Source: Syntrophorhabdaceae bacterium
GTDB lineage: Bacteria; Desulfobacterota; Syntrophorhabdia; Syntrophorhabdales; Syntrophorhabdaceae
Assembly: GCA_963665295.1 (NCBI GenBank)
Contig: OY762209.1
Location: 4,064,001 to 4,128,000 of the forward strand
Direction: 5' to 3'
DNA: 64,000 bases
In this document: in pieces, positions 9,418 to 19,651 of the stretch
How positions within the stretch are numbered: the first letter of the stretch is position 1
Layout: every line of letters begins with the position of its first letter
Position numbers and translations under genes: made by a program
The notes under the pieces: generated by a model
Databases searched by the model: none
What the model saw: the letters and a program-made list of their open reading frames with translations, nothing else
Told to the model about the DNA's origin: nothing

Positions 9418-10389
9418 ATGAGAAGACTTATAGTCGTTGCATTTACGAGTTTATGCTTTGTATTCTCATCGATGGTCGCTTTCTCCGCTCCTTCCCACAA
9501 GGCAAAAACCACGGATAAGCGGAGTGCAGTATCCAAAAAGCAGACTCCATCCAATGACAAAACAAGAACTGCTGTCGCCCTGAAAACCAGGAACTCCAAA
9601 ACGGTGCGGAAAGGGGGCGTCGAAAAAGATCGCAAGTCCTCCGCGAAGATGTCCGCCACATACCGGAGCACGAGGAGCAAGGCCAGGGCAGTGGAAGTTG
9701 TCGAGGAGACGGAGACGGATGGGGAGTTTATAGAATATAAGGTCCGGAAGGGCGATACCTTGGATAACGTTGCCCTGAGGTTCGGCCTGGAGAGAGACGA
9801 TATCGTCGAATCCAATAACAATCTCGGCAAGAGACTTGCCCCGGGAAGAACGCTTCTCATCCCCAGACTGTCGGAGTCGGATGGAGAATCCGACTATGTC
9901 GATCTCTCAAATAAGACCCTGAAATCATGGAAGACACGCGAAGAAAGGTACATGCTCGTAAAGGTGGCCAAGAGCTTTATGGGAGCGCCATACAGGTACG
10001 GCGGTGAGAGTGTGAGAGGCCTTGATTGCTCGGCCTTCGTAAAAAAGATTTATGACATATTCGACGTGCAACTTCCGAGGAGCGCCCGGGAACAGTTTCA
10101 CGCGGGACCGAAAATACAGAAAGAAGAGCTTGCCGTGGGGGATCTTGTATTTTTCAGGACCAAACGGTACGTCAAATACCCTACCCATGTTGGCATCTAC
10201 ATAGGGGACGGCAACTTCATCCATTCGTCGTCGGCCCACTGCAAAGTGGGTGTGAGGATAGATTCGCTTCAGTCCGATTTTTACAACAAAACATTTCTCG
10301 GCGGCGCCAGAATCAAGAAATCGCCCGAGGAAATGCCCGAGACCACATTCAATCCCGACATCCCTTTCAACTATAACTACAACTCTTAG
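9418..10389 (+). CDS. LysM + NlpC/P60 peptidoglycan endopeptidase
   Basis: Signal peptide; LysM YKVRKGDTL; NlpC/P60 motifs PYRYGG, GLDCSAF, GDLVFF, HVGIYIG, FIHSS. Confidence 0.93.
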   Translation: MRRLIVVAFTSLCFVFSSMVAFSAPSHKAKTTDKRSAVSKKQTPSNDKTRTAVALKTRNSKTVRKGGVEKDRKSSAKMSATYRSTRSKARAVEVVEETETDGEFIEYKVRKGDTLDNVALRFGLERDDIVESNNNLGKRLAPGRTLLIPRLSESDGESDYVDLSNKTLKSWKTREERYMLVKVAKSFMGAPYRYGGESVRGLDCSAFVKKIYDIFDVQLPRSAREQFHAGPKIQKEELAVGDLVFFRTKRYVKYPTHVGIYIGDGNFIHSSSAHCKVGVRIDSLQSDFYNKTFLGGARIKKSPEEMPETTFNPDIPFNYNYNS

Positions 10390-10394
10390 GATTA

Positions 10395-11300
10395 GTGAAG
10401 AAGTACCTGTTTTTGATCGGCCTGGCTTTCGCCCTTCAGGGGTTCGGCTTCTTCTGCCTCGTCTTCGAAATCGATCCGTACCGGCATTATTTTTATGTCA
10501 CTTCGTGGTGGTCATACATAATTCTGGTAGACACGGTCCTTGCGTTTAAACAGGATGAATTCCTCGTCCTAAACAGGGACCTCCCCCAAATTATTCTGAT
10601 CTCTTCAGGATATTGGAGTATATTCGAGCTTCTCAACCTGCGACTTCAAAACTGGCATTATGTAGACCTTCCGTCTGAACCGATCCTCAGGTATGCGGGA
10701 TATCTCCTTTCATACGGAACCGTGGTCCCCGCCATCTATGTGACCAAAGGGTTGCTTCAGGGCCTCCTCACGCGCGAATGGAATGTGAAAGCCTTGCGCC
10801 CGATATCGGGTTATCCCGCCTATGCTATCTCTTCAGGGATTCTGGCCCTCGTGCTCGCCCTCTCCTTTCCCGGCTTTGCCTTTCCCCTTGTCTGGGTATT
10901 TCCCGTTCTGGTCCTCGATGGTTATAACTACCTCAGAGGATATCGTTCCTTTATGGGCGATCTGGAGACGGGTTCTTTGACCGGCCTGGTTCTGAGCCTC
11001 GCCTCAGGCATGATATGCGGTCTGCTGTGGGAGGCATGGAACTATCGGGCCGTCTCGAAGTGGGTCTACACTCTTCCCCTTGTTCAGGATACGAAACTCT
11101 TCGAGATGCCCCTTCCCGGGTACTTGGGTTTTCCGGCCTTCGGCGTTGCTACAATCGCTTTTGTCTACCTGCTGAAAGGAATGGAACACAGCAGGATGTT
11201 TCTCTATATCCTGGCAGGCGTATCCGCCGTCTCGTCCCTTACAGTCTTCTCCCTGATAGATCATCACACGGTTCTCTCCTTTGTCCGTGCCAGCCGCTGA
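10395..11300 (+). CDS. Hypothetical polytopic membrane protein
   Basis: About 9 hydrophobic segments; 5 nt downstream of the NlpC/P60 gene; motif WEAWNY...KWVY...KLFEMPLPGYLGFP. Confidence 0.75.
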   Translation: MKKYLFLIGLAFALQGFGFFCLVFEIDPYRHYFYVTSWWSYIILVDTVLAFKQDEFLVLNRDLPQIILISSGYWSIFELLNLRLQNWHYVDLPSEPILRYAGYLLSYGTVVPAIYVTKGLLQGLLTREWNVKALRPISGYPAYAISSGILALVLALSFPGFAFPLVWVFPVLVLDGYNYLRGYRSFMGDLETGSLTGLVLSLASGMICGLLWEAWNYRAVSKWVYTLPLVQDTKLFEMPLPGYLGFPAFGVATIAFVYLLKGMEHSRMFLYILAGVSAVSSLTVFSLIDHHTVLSFVRASR

Positions 11301-11397
11301 CGAGGAACGTCCCCATGGCGTATACCGCGCCGGCGCAATACGTGCGGCGCGTTTATATCGTTGACACAGGCTGCCTTTGTATGGTCAAATACACCCT

Positions 11398-11859
11398 ATG
11401 GTAAAAAGAAAGATAAAGGAAGAAATCAAGAAACCCGACATACTGATTGCCACGGTTGAGTCCGCCATCCAGCTTGTTCGCGAGAATCTCCGGCTCTTCA
11501 TTATCGCCGTTGCCGTCTTCTGCGTTGCCGGACTATCGGTCTTCGGCTACACTGTATACGCGGAGAAAAGAAACCAGAAGATCCAGATATCCCTTTACGA
11601 AGGCATCAAGAGCCTCGAAACTTATGACCGCACAGGGAACAAGGAAGATTTGGACCGTGCCGAAGGCATATTCCAGAAAATCGTGAAGGAAAAGCGCGGC
11701 AAGGCATATGTGGTGGCAAAGCTTTACCTCGGCACTACGTACTCCCTGAACGGCAAGACCGAGGACGCAAAGAAGATATACCAGGAACTTTCGAAGGATT
11801 CACCCACAGTTGCAAAAATGCTTTCCGATCAGGCCCTTCAGAAGGTGAGCAAGAAATAA
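11398..11859 (+). CDS. Membrane-anchored TPR protein (YfgM-like)
   Basis: One N-terminal TM helix followed by TPR-like helices (AKLYLG...GKTEDAKKIYQEL). TTGACA-18-TCAAAT lies directly upstream. Confidence 0.75.
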   Translation: MVKRKIKEEIKKPDILIATVESAIQLVRENLRLFIIAVAVFCVAGLSVFGYTVYAEKRNQKIQISLYEGIKSLETYDRTGNKEDLDRAEGIFQKIVKEKRGKAYVVAKLYLGTTYSLNGKTEDAKKIYQELSKDSPTVAKMLSDQALQKVSKK

Positions 11860-11880
11860 AACAACGCTTCGTCTGCGCCG

Positions 11881-13263
11881 CTATTCCCCGTCGATATAGG
11901 CTACCCTTTCAAGGAACGCCAGCGAGGTATTCGCCCTGGAGATGGCGCTTATGTAGTTCTCCCTGGCCCCGGCCAACTCTCGCTCGCTCTGGAGAAGAGC
12001 CAGAATATCTCCCTTGCCTACCCTGTACTCGCCGAAGGCCTGATCGAAGTTTGAGGTCGCCTCCCGCACCAATTCCCTGTAGAGCCTCACGTTCTGACGG
12101 CTCAACTCATAATCCTTGAACGCCCTGACGATATCGAGCCCCACATTTCTCTTGATCTCTCCCAGCCTGTAGCGGGCCGCCGCGATATCACTCGCCGCGC
12201 CCTTCATGTTGTAGTACCTGCCCACACCATCGAAGAGGGCATAGTTGAAATTTATAACAAACGCATCCTGTCTCCCGTCAGGGAAGAACCCCGTATCGGC
12301 CCTGGTCTGCTGGAGTTGTGCATCGATTCGCGGGAACCAATTACTCACCCTCTCCTTATACACCATTTCGAGCCGATCGATCTCCTTCATCTGGGCCGTC
12401 ACATCGGGACGCACCGCGATTGCCTTTTCCACAAGGGTCTTGAAGTCACCACCGTATGTGGGCTCCTCGAAGGGTCCCTCCACATCCCGGGCGTCCATCG
12501 GGTCGTAGAGAAGAAGAGATTTCAGTTCCTCGAGAGTTTTCTCATACCGCTTGACCCCATCAAGAACGTCGATGCGTGCGGTGGTTCTTCTCACTTCGGC
12601 CTGGAGCACCTCACTTTTCTTGGCAACGCCGGCGTCATATCTCCCCTTGGTGAGCGCATAAACCTTCTCTGCTGTCCGGTAAGCGTCCCTTCTGGACTCA
12701 ACAATGGACTTGTTGCCAAGAGCCGTGTAGAAGGCCGTTTTCGCATTATAGAGCACATCGACCCTCACCCCTTTCAGTACTTCCTCTTCTCTACCGAGTA
12801 ATGAATAGGCCTGATGCCTGCGTGCATACCGCTCTCCGCCGTCGAAGAGCCTGTAGGTTATGGTACCTGTAAAAGTGAAAAGCTCCGTGGCGCCGAAAGT
12901 ATTTGTGAAACCTCCGGCGGCGGCTACGTTCGTTACGGATTGGCCTGCCGATGTCTGGTTGTTCAAGGACCTGATGAAGGAGCTCTGGATATCGGCCCTC
13001 GGCAGGTACGGATCGATCGTCGAGGTATAGGAATACCGGTACTTCTTCACTACTTCTTTCTGCTGTTTTACAGTGAAGGATACTTCAAAGGCCCTTTTTA
13101 CCGCCTCTTCAAGGGTAATGGAAAACACGGGCAACGGCAGGGCCGTCACGGCAAGAAGAAACCATACCGATCCCGCCGCGAGAAACGAAGCCCAACCTGC
13201 TGCGTCTCTTCCACCATGATTCTTATCCGTCCTTCCCGACTTCCCACAACCCTGAAACCCCAT
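11881..13263 (-). CDS. TolC-family outer membrane efflux protein
   Basis: ITLEEAVKRA, repeated LFDGG/LFDGV strand ends, YDAGV / YRVGKG...L repeats. Start uncertain. Confidence 0.88.
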   Translation of the reverse strand: MGFQGCGKSGRTDKNHGGRDAAGWASFLAAGSVWFLLAVTALPLPVFSITLEEAVKRAFEVSFTVKQQKEVVKKYRYSYTSTIDPYLPRADIQSSFIRSLNNQTSAGQSVTNVAAAGGFTNTFGATELFTFTGTITYRLFDGGERYARRHQAYSLLGREEEVLKGVRVDVLYNAKTAFYTALGNKSIVESRRDAYRTAEKVYALTKGRYDAGVAKKSEVLQAEVRRTTARIDVLDGVKRYEKTLEELKSLLLYDPMDARDVEGPFEEPTYGGDFKTLVEKAIAVRPDVTAQMKEIDRLEMVYKERVSNWFPRIDAQLQQTRADTGFFPDGRQDAFVINFNYALFDGVGRYYNMKGAASDIAAARYRLGEIKRNVGLDIVRAFKDYELSRQNVRLYRELVREATSNFDQAFGEYRVGKGDILALLQSERELAGARENYISAISRANTSLAFLERVAYIDGE

Positions 13264-13314
13264 CTCTCCATCCCCGTACCATGATCGCGAACTGCTTCAC
13301 ATACGCGTAAAATC

Positions 13315-13343
13315 AGTTTATTTAAACCCTCCCTCACTGTCAA
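13315..13343 (-). promoter_or_regulatory. sigma70-type promoter for tolC-like gene
   Basis: TTGACA(13343-13338)-17-TAAACT(13320-13315). Confidence 0.6.
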
Positions 13344-13526
13344 CAGGCAATTAGCCGCAACCCTGCCGGCTTGAGCCGGCTTGAGAACACCGGCGTTGAC
13401 AAGGCGCATCACCTGCAGTAGCTTCGGGGCAAGAATTTGTCCTTGTCACAGAAAAGGGCCCTGCAGAAATAAGCCTCCCGCTCCATCTCCTGTTGGTGAA
13501 CTATATGAATGAAAGCGTGGCAGGTT

Positions 13527-13567
13527 AAAGAAAGGGGTAGAAGCCGCATGTATGCGACCCTACCCTA
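13527..13567 (-). terminator. Probable terminator downstream of tRNA-Phe
   Basis: Minus strand reads GGGTAGGGTCGCAT-AC-ATGCGGCTTCTACCCC followed by TTTCTTT. Confidence 0.55.
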
Positions 13568-13649
13568 TCAGGACTGTCTATTCAGGGATATGTGAGGAAA
13601 TCCACATCGTCCCTCTTGGAGCACTTCTTCTTAGGCCTTCTAAAAAAAG

Positions 13650-13725
13650 TGGTGCCGAGGAGCGGAATTGAACCACTGACACGGGGATTTTCAGTCCCCT
13701 GCTCTACCGACTGAGCTACCTCGGC
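13650..13725 (-). tRNA. tRNA-Phe(GAA), CCA encoded
   Basis: Reverse complement GCCGAGGTAGCTCAGTCGGTAGAGCAGGGGACTGAAAATCCCCGTGTCAGTGGTTCAATTCCGCTCCTCGGCACCA folds as a 76-nt cloverleaf with anticodon GAA. Confidence 0.98.
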
Positions 13726-13870
13726 AACGCATTATTTTAAACATACCTTCCGAGTCGATGTCAAGACATTCGTTGCTGCAATTCAGAATTTCCGCACAAG
13801 TGCCTTTGCCGACCTCCCATAAAGCAAAAAACTTTGACATTCCGGTCCGTCCTATGTTAACAAGTTCTAC

Positions 13871-15079
13871 ATGTCCGACCAATACACGAAACCATTTCGA
13901 GGCATCCTTTACGACAGGAACAGGATAGGTGATATCGCGTCCTGCGTATGCCCGCCTTACGATATTATACCGAGTGACGCCGCATACTTGGAGAGGAACC
14001 CCTTCAATGCCGTCCGACTGGAACTTCCCCGGTCCCTTCCCGGCGTTGACCAGTATACGAACGCACGGCAAACCTTTGACCAGTGGTGCAGCTCGGGGGT
14101 GCTTTCCGTTGACGACAGGGAAACCATTTACGTGTATGAGCAACAATTCACGGTCGAGGGCTCATCCTACCTGAGATGGGGTTTTATCGGCCTCACCAGG
14201 CTCGATAAAGACCGTATCCTCACCCACGAGCAAACGAGAAGCAAGGCGAAGGAAGACCGGGAGAAACTCATAGTATCGCTCAAGGCCTTCACGAGCTTCG
14301 TCTTCGGACTTTATGAGGACAAGGCTCATGAAATAGACACCCTCCTCGAGGGCTCCCGAAAAGAACAGGTCTATGACTTCGTGGATGAAGATTCCATAAG
14401 AAACAGGTTTTACCGGATGACGGACCCGGAGGAAATCAACCGCCTTGTAGCCCTTGTGAACGCGAGAAAGATATACGTCGCAGACGGCCATCACAGGCTG
14501 GATGTCTCTTACCGGCTTAATCTCCGGTACATTCCTCTCTATTTGACAAACATGTATTCGACGGGGATCGTGATTCTTCCCTATCACCGGCTGGTAAAAC
14601 TCCAGGGCGAAAGATCGCTTCCGGAACTTCTGTCCATGCTCGAGGGCCATGCCCGTGTCGAAACCGTTGCCTTTACAGGTCCGGAAGTCCTGACTCAGGT
14701 CCTCCATACCATATCCGCGTCCTCCGAACCGGCCTTCGCCCTGTACTCGAAGGACGACCCTGCCGCCCTCTATATCCTGACAGTCGGCAAGCCTCAAGCG
14801 GGCGACGGGCCTCTCGAAAACCTGAAGGTCAATATCCTTCACTCAGGGATACTGAAAAGCACGCTATGCGTCAAAGAAGAAGAGATTTCCTTCACCCAGG
14901 ACCCGCATGAACTGGTGCGGGCCGTACGGAATGGAGATGTCGATCTCGGCCTTCTTCTCCCTCCCACGACTGTTCAGGAGGTCAAGGCGGTGGCGGATAA
15001 CAGTCTGGACATGCCTCCGAAGTCAACCTTCTTCTATCCTAAAATACTCACGGGCCTCGTGTATCACAGGTATGCCTGA
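13871..15079 (+). CDS. DUF1015 family protein
   Basis: Motifs PFRG, PPYD, YVYEQ, ILTHE, YVADGHHR, MPPKSTFFYPK. Confidence 0.9.
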   Translation: MSDQYTKPFRGILYDRNRIGDIASCVCPPYDIIPSDAAYLERNPFNAVRLELPRSLPGVDQYTNARQTFDQWCSSGVLSVDDRETIYVYEQQFTVEGSSYLRWGFIGLTRLDKDRILTHEQTRSKAKEDREKLIVSLKAFTSFVFGLYEDKAHEIDTLLEGSRKEQVYDFVDEDSIRNRFYRMTDPEEINRLVALVNARKIYVADGHHRLDVSYRLNLRYIPLYLTNMYSTGIVILPYHRLVKLQGERSLPELLSMLEGHARVETVAFTGPEVLTQVLHTISASSEPAFALYSKDDPAALYILTVGKPQAGDGPLENLKVNILHSGILKSTLCVKEEEISFTQDPHELVRAVRNGDVDLGLLLPPTTVQEVKAVADNSLDMPPKSTFFYPKILTGLVYHRYA

Positions 15080-15809
15080 AACCGCGGGTAACGATGAGAC
15101 CCTCGACCTTCTCTGCAATGAGGACCTCAAAATCATCCAAAAGAAAGAAGGGTACAGGTTCTCCATGGACGCCATCCTTCTCGCCAATTTCGTTACCCTT
15201 AAAAAGGATGAAAGACTGTTGGATATTGGGACCGGTTGTGGTATTATACCTATCTATATGACCAAAAAGGGTTTTCAGAACCGGATGGTCGGGATTGAAC
15301 TCCAACAGGGACTGTTCGAGGCAGCCCTCAAAAATAAGGAAATCAACGACTGTGAAAATGTTGAATATCTTCATGGAGACGTTAAGACGGAAATGCGTGA
15401 ACTGAGGAAATCTCTTTTCAGTGTTGTGGTGTGCAACCCTCCATACACCAGGAAAGGGTCCGGCAGAACAAGCCCGGACGATTCGAGACACATTGCGCGC
15501 CACGAGGGCCATCTCGACCTGTCTCTTCTTTTCTCTCTGTCGGCGTCCCTCCTTTCCCGAAAAGGGAGAAGCTACGTGATATATCCGTCCAGGAGGCTCG
15601 GCGAGGTACTTTACACCGCAAAGGCTCATGGACTTGAGCCGAAGCGTTTGCGTTTTGTCTATTCGAGAGACAGGGAAGAGTCAAACCTCTTTCTTGCGGA
15701 ATTTCTAAAAGACGGCGGGGTCGGCACAGTCGTTGAAAAACCTCTCACCATATATCAGGGCGACGATTATACCGAAGAGGTGCGATCCTATTATTCTCTA
15801 AAGGGTTAA
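15072..15809 (+). CDS. tRNA1(Val) adenine(37)-N6-methyltransferase family protein
   Basis: Motifs GYRFSMDAILLA, LDIGTGCG, NPPY, ARHE, EPKRLRFV. Confidence 0.88.
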   Translation: MPETAGNDETLDLLCNEDLKIIQKKEGYRFSMDAILLANFVTLKKDERLLDIGTGCGIIPIYMTKKGFQNRMVGIELQQGLFEAALKNKEINDCENVEYLHGDVKTEMRELRKSLFSVVVCNPPYTRKGSGRTSPDDSRHIARHEGHLDLSLLFSLSASLLSRKGRSYVIYPSRRLGEVLYTAKAHGLEPKRLRFVYSRDREESNLFLAEFLKDGGVGTVVEKPLTIYQGDDYTEEVRSYYSLKG

Positions 15810-15811
15810 TT

Positions 15812-16780
15812 ATGGAAAGTGTATCAAAACTCATACAGCAAGACCTGGAAATGCTCGAATTGTCCATTCAGAAACTCATCACCACGCGAGTGAACTTTAT
15901 CAGGGAGATTGTGACGTACATAATAAAGTCGGGCGGCAAACGGGTCCGTCCGATCCTCTTAATACTCTCCGCGAGGCTTTCCGGCTATAACGGCGACCGT
16001 CATGTCCCGTACGCTGCGATCGTCGAGTTCATCCATACCGCCACCCTGCTCCACGACGATGTGGTGGACAATGCAAAAACCCGACGCGGAAATTCCACGG
16101 TAAACACGGTGTGGGGGAATGAATCGAGCGTTCTCGTGGGGGATTTCCTCTATTCAAAGTCTTTTGAGCTTATGGCGGAGGACGGCAACCACGCCATACT
16201 GAGGACCATCTCAAAAGCCACTACGGCCCTGTCGGAAGGTGAAATTCTGGAACTGCTCAAGACGTCCGACGTGGAAACCACGGAGGAAGAGTATTTCGAG
16301 GTGATCGACAATAAGACTGCAGTTCTCTTTTCGGCGGCCTGCGAGATCGGGGCTCTCCTCGGTGGCACCAGCGACAGTCAGAGAATCGCCCTCGGGAGTT
16401 TCGGCCACAATCTCGGCATCGCCTTTCAACTGAAAGACGACATACTTGACTATACGTCCTATGATGCAATCCTGGGGAAAAATGTGGGCACGGACCTGAA
16501 GGAAGGCAAAGTGACCCTCCCACTTATATACGCCCTTAAATCAGCGAGCGAAAAGGAAAAAGCGTACACCAAGAAGGTTCTCGACAAGCCCACCATGACT
16601 GCCAGGGACTTTGAAGGGGTGCGGAAGATCATAAAAAAGCATGGAGGCATAGAGTATACCTCGGCAATGACCACAAAGCATATAGCCGCCGCCAAGGAAT
16701 GCCTCAACGCTTTCGACTCCTCTCCTTACAGGGAGGCCCTTGTCACTCTCGCAAACCAGATGCTTGAGCGACAGGCGTAA
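15812..16780 (+). CDS. ispB: Polyprenyl (octaprenyl-type) diphosphate synthase
   Basis: Motifs GGKRVRP, LLHDDVVD, RRG, KTA, FQLKDDILD, GKVTLP. Confidence 0.88.
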   Translation: MESVSKLIQQDLEMLELSIQKLITTRVNFIREIVTYIIKSGGKRVRPILLILSARLSGYNGDRHVPYAAIVEFIHTATLLHDDVVDNAKTRRGNSTVNTVWGNESSVLVGDFLYSKSFELMAEDGNHAILRTISKATTALSEGEILELLKTSDVETTEEEYFEVIDNKTAVLFSAACEIGALLGGTSDSQRIALGSFGHNLGIAFQLKDDILDYTSYDAILGKNVGTDLKEGKVTLPLIYALKSASEKEKAYTKKVLDKPTMTARDFEGVRKIIKKHGGIEYTSAMTTKHIAAAKECLNAFDSSPYREALVTLANQMLERQA

Positions 16781-16862
16781 ACCCGCGCCGCGGTTTCACA
16801 CGCCTTCACCGAAAGTCACACTCCGCCTTGTGTTCGTTTGCATCCGATAATCTTTTGGAAGT

Positions 16863-18095
16863 CTACTTCAGGATTGCATCTTTTGGAATTACGACTATTC
16901 CCTCGTCGGAGACATAGAACCTGCTCCTGTCTTTCTCCAGGTCATATCCGATTCTCATGTGATCGGGAATTCTCACATTTTTGTCAATGATGGCTTTCTT
17001 TACCCTCGCGCCCATTCCTATCACCACGTCATGCAATAGTATGGATTCCCTCACATCGGCATAGCTGTTTACCCGTACCCCGGGAGACAGAATCGACCTC
17101 TCTACCCTGCCGCCGCTTATAATGACCCCGCTGCAGATAATCGAATCAAGTGCTTTTCCCGCCCTCCCCTTCGCCTCATCGGCAAAGACGGTCTTCGCAG
17201 GAGGATACTGTCCCTCATAGGTCCTGATGGGCCATTTCTTATCGTACAGATTAAATACAGGACTCACGGACGCAAGGTCCATGTTCGCGTTCCAATATGC
17301 GTCGATGGTCCCTATGTCCCTCCAATAATCCGCGTTCTTGCCCCCGCCCACACCGAACCGGTACACAAAAACCCTGTGCCGGGGGTACATGAAGGGTATG
17401 ATATCCCGGCCGAAGTCATGGGAAGAATCCGTCCGGACCGCGTCCTGGTTGAGGATGTCGGATAAAATGTTTCTGTTGAATATGTAAATCCCCATGGAGA
17501 TGAATGCCTTGCCGGGCTTTCCCGGAATAGGCTTGGGGTTCTTCGGTTTCTCCTGAAACCCGCATACCCGGCCGTCGCCGTCGACCTGAATGATGCCGAA
17601 CCGTGAAGCGTCCTCGATATCGACTTCAAGGGCGGAGATGGTGAGGTCCGCCTTGTTTTTCTGATGATATTTGATAAAGTGGCTGTAATCCATCTTGTAG
17701 ATGTGATCCCCCGAGAGAATAACCACATACTCCCCCTCGACCTGCTCAAGATGGTAGAGATTCTGATAAACAGCGTCCGCCGTCCCTTTATACCAGTCAT
17801 CTCCCACCCTCATCTGCGGCGACAGATGGGTCACGAATTCCCCCAACTCGGGACTCAGTATGCTCCATGCGTCTCTCGTATGTCTGACCAGGGAATGCGA
17901 TTTATATTGGGGCAGGACAAATATCTTTCTAATGCCGGAGTTCACGCAATTACTGAGTGTGAAATCGATTACACGGTATTTCCCTCCGAAAGGCACGGCG
18001 GGTTTTGCCCTGTCTTTTGTGAGGGGATGAAGTCGTGCGCCGACACCACCCGCCAAAATGAATGCAACCGCGTTATGTAGTACTCTCTGTCTCAT
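16863..18095 (-). CDS. glgC: Glucose-1-phosphate adenylyltransferase
   Basis: Motifs LAGGVGARLHPLT, RAKPAVPFGG, GTADAVYQN, GDHIYKMDY, DFGRDIIP, YWRDIGT. Confidence 0.97.
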   Translation of the reverse strand: MRQRVLHNAVAFILAGGVGARLHPLTKDRAKPAVPFGGKYRVIDFTLSNCVNSGIRKIFVLPQYKSHSLVRHTRDAWSILSPELGEFVTHLSPQMRVGDDWYKGTADAVYQNLYHLEQVEGEYVVILSGDHIYKMDYSHFIKYHQKNKADLTISALEVDIEDASRFGIIQVDGDGRVCGFQEKPKNPKPIPGKPGKAFISMGIYIFNRNILSDILNQDAVRTDSSHDFGRDIIPFMYPRHRVFVYRFGVGGGKNADYWRDIGTIDAYWNANMDLASVSPVFNLYDKKWPIRTYEGQYPPAKTVFADEAKGRAGKALDSIICSGVIISGGRVERSILSPGVRVNSYADVRESILLHDVVIGMGARVKKAIIDKNVRIPDHMRIGYDLEKDRSRFYVSDEGIVVIPKDAILK

Positions 18096-18229
18096 CGTCT
18101 CCGATATAAAAGTAACACATCAAGCAAGGAATTTGAAGCATTTCCTTCCGTCCATATTGTAACACGCCGTTATCACAACTTTTTAGCGGCCATAATATAA
18201 AGAAACTTTCTCCGGGCATAATTCAGCCC

Positions 18230-18910
18230 CTAATTGTCCGCACCGGTCACGATAATGGTGTATTCCCCTTTCAACTCACCCATCTCCTCAAACTCCTCTA
18301 TCAGAGTCTGCAGGGCGCCTCTCCGGGTATCTTCGTAAACCTTGGTCAGTTCCTTAAATACCGCCGCGTCACGGTTTCCGAACTCCTCATATGTAACGCG
18401 CAGAGTCTCCAGCAGTCTCCGTGGCGATTCGTAAATGATCATCGCGTGGTGCAGCCCCGCCACCTCTCTCAGCATCTTCTTCTTCTTTCCTTTCTTCAGC
18501 GGAAGGAAACCGAGAAACAGGAACCTGTCGGCGTGGAGACCCGATATGGAAAGCGCCCCGATTGCCGCGGAAGGCCCGGGCACCACCTTTACATCTACAT
18601 CATCTTCTCTGCACCGGTTCACCACCGCCCGTCCCGGGTCGGACACACAAGGGGTCCCCGCTCCCGTGATAAGGGCGGCAGATTTCCCGTCCTGCAGACG
18701 TTCCGAGATATCCTTCGCTTTCCTCTCTTCAGAATAGCTGTTTATCGTAATGATAGGTTTTCTTATGCCCAGGTGGCTCAGCAGTTTCAAGGCCCGCGAA
18801 CGGTCTTCGGCAACAACGAAATCCACTTCCCCGAGGGTTTCAATAGCCCTTAGCGTGATATCTTTAAGGTTGCCTATGGGTGTTGCCACGATGTACAATA
18901 CGCCGCTCAT
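18230..18910 (-). CDS. rsmI: 16S rRNA (cytidine1402-2'-O)-methyltransferase
   Basis: Motifs LYIVATPIGNLKDIT, AGTPCVSDPG, VPGPSA, YESPRR, ELTKVYE. Confidence 0.95.
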   Translation of the reverse strand: MSGVLYIVATPIGNLKDITLRAIETLGEVDFVVAEDRSRALKLLSHLGIRKPIITINSYSEERKAKDISERLQDGKSAALITGAGTPCVSDPGRAVVNRCREDDVDVKVVPGPSAAIGALSISGLHADRFLFLGFLPLKKGKKKKMLREVAGLHHAMIIYESPRRLLETLRVTYEEFGNRDAAVFKELTKVYEDTRRGALQTLIEEFEEMGELKGEYTIIVTGADN

Positions 18911-19048
18911 CTATTCTCCTCCAATAATGTATAAAAAAACTGCAAATCCTCTGCGCCGGCAGGCTCCGCAATGCGCCCTCAGCCCCCCGGAACCTTTGTC
19001 AACGCTTAAAAGTCTTGACATTACGACAAAAAATGCAGAAAATAAACA

Positions 19049-19651
19049 ATGGTCATGGTGAGACTACTTTTATTGGGGTTCGTTTTTTTCTTCCCTCTCT
19101 CGGGATACGCCGCAATTTATGGCTATGTGGACGAACAGGGTGTCTATCACTTCACCAATATAACCCCTGCGGGTAAAAAATACCAGACCGTAATTCCCGA
19201 CAAGAACAAAACGGTGATGGCAAAAGGCTACAGTACCGCCAACCTGAACAATAACGTCTATGACAGGCTTATATTGCGCCATGCGGAGACGAACGGGGTC
19301 GATCCATCCCTCGTGAAGGCCGTTGTAAGAGCAGAGTCAAATTTCAACCCCAACGCCGTTTCACAGAAGGGAGCGCAGGGACTTATGCAACTCATGCCCG
19401 ACACGGCAAAACAGATGAAAGTCTCAAACCCCTTCGATCCGGACGAGAATATCAGGGGTGGCGCTCGCTATCTCAAATTTCTCGGCGAGACCTTTCAGGG
19501 TGATCTGGAACTCATGCTTGCCGCATATAACGCAGGACCCATGCGAGTCATGGAGCATAACAGGAGCGTGCCCCCCATCGAAGAAACGCGTAATTTTATC
19601 AAAAGAGTAAAATACTACTACAACAAATTGAAAAACCCGCATGAAGGATAA
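19049..19651 (+). CDS. Lytic transglycosylase (SLT domain) with N-terminal DUF4124-like domain
   Basis: Signal peptide; IYGYVDEQGVYHFTN; AESNFNPNAVS, GAQGLMQLMP, AAYNAG. Confidence 0.92.
   Translation: MVMVRLLLLGFVFFFPLSGYAAIYGYVDEQGVYHFTNITPAGKKYQTVIPDKNKTVMAKGYSTANLNNNVYDRLILRHAETNGVDPSLVKAVVRAESNFNPNAVSQKGAQGLMQLMPDTAKQMKVSNPFDPDENIRGGARYLKFLGETFQGDLELMLAAYNAGPMRVMEHNRSVPPIEETRNFIKRVKYYYNKLKNPHEG

Noticed and set aside
13367..13387. Tandem GCCGGCTTGA x2 upstream of the tolC promoter
   Set aside because: Only two copies; insufficient to call an operator or repeat element.
13264..13649. Possible genomic island integrated at tRNA-Phe
   Set aside because: No integrase, no duplicated tRNA 3' end seen in the window, and no obvious compositional shift.
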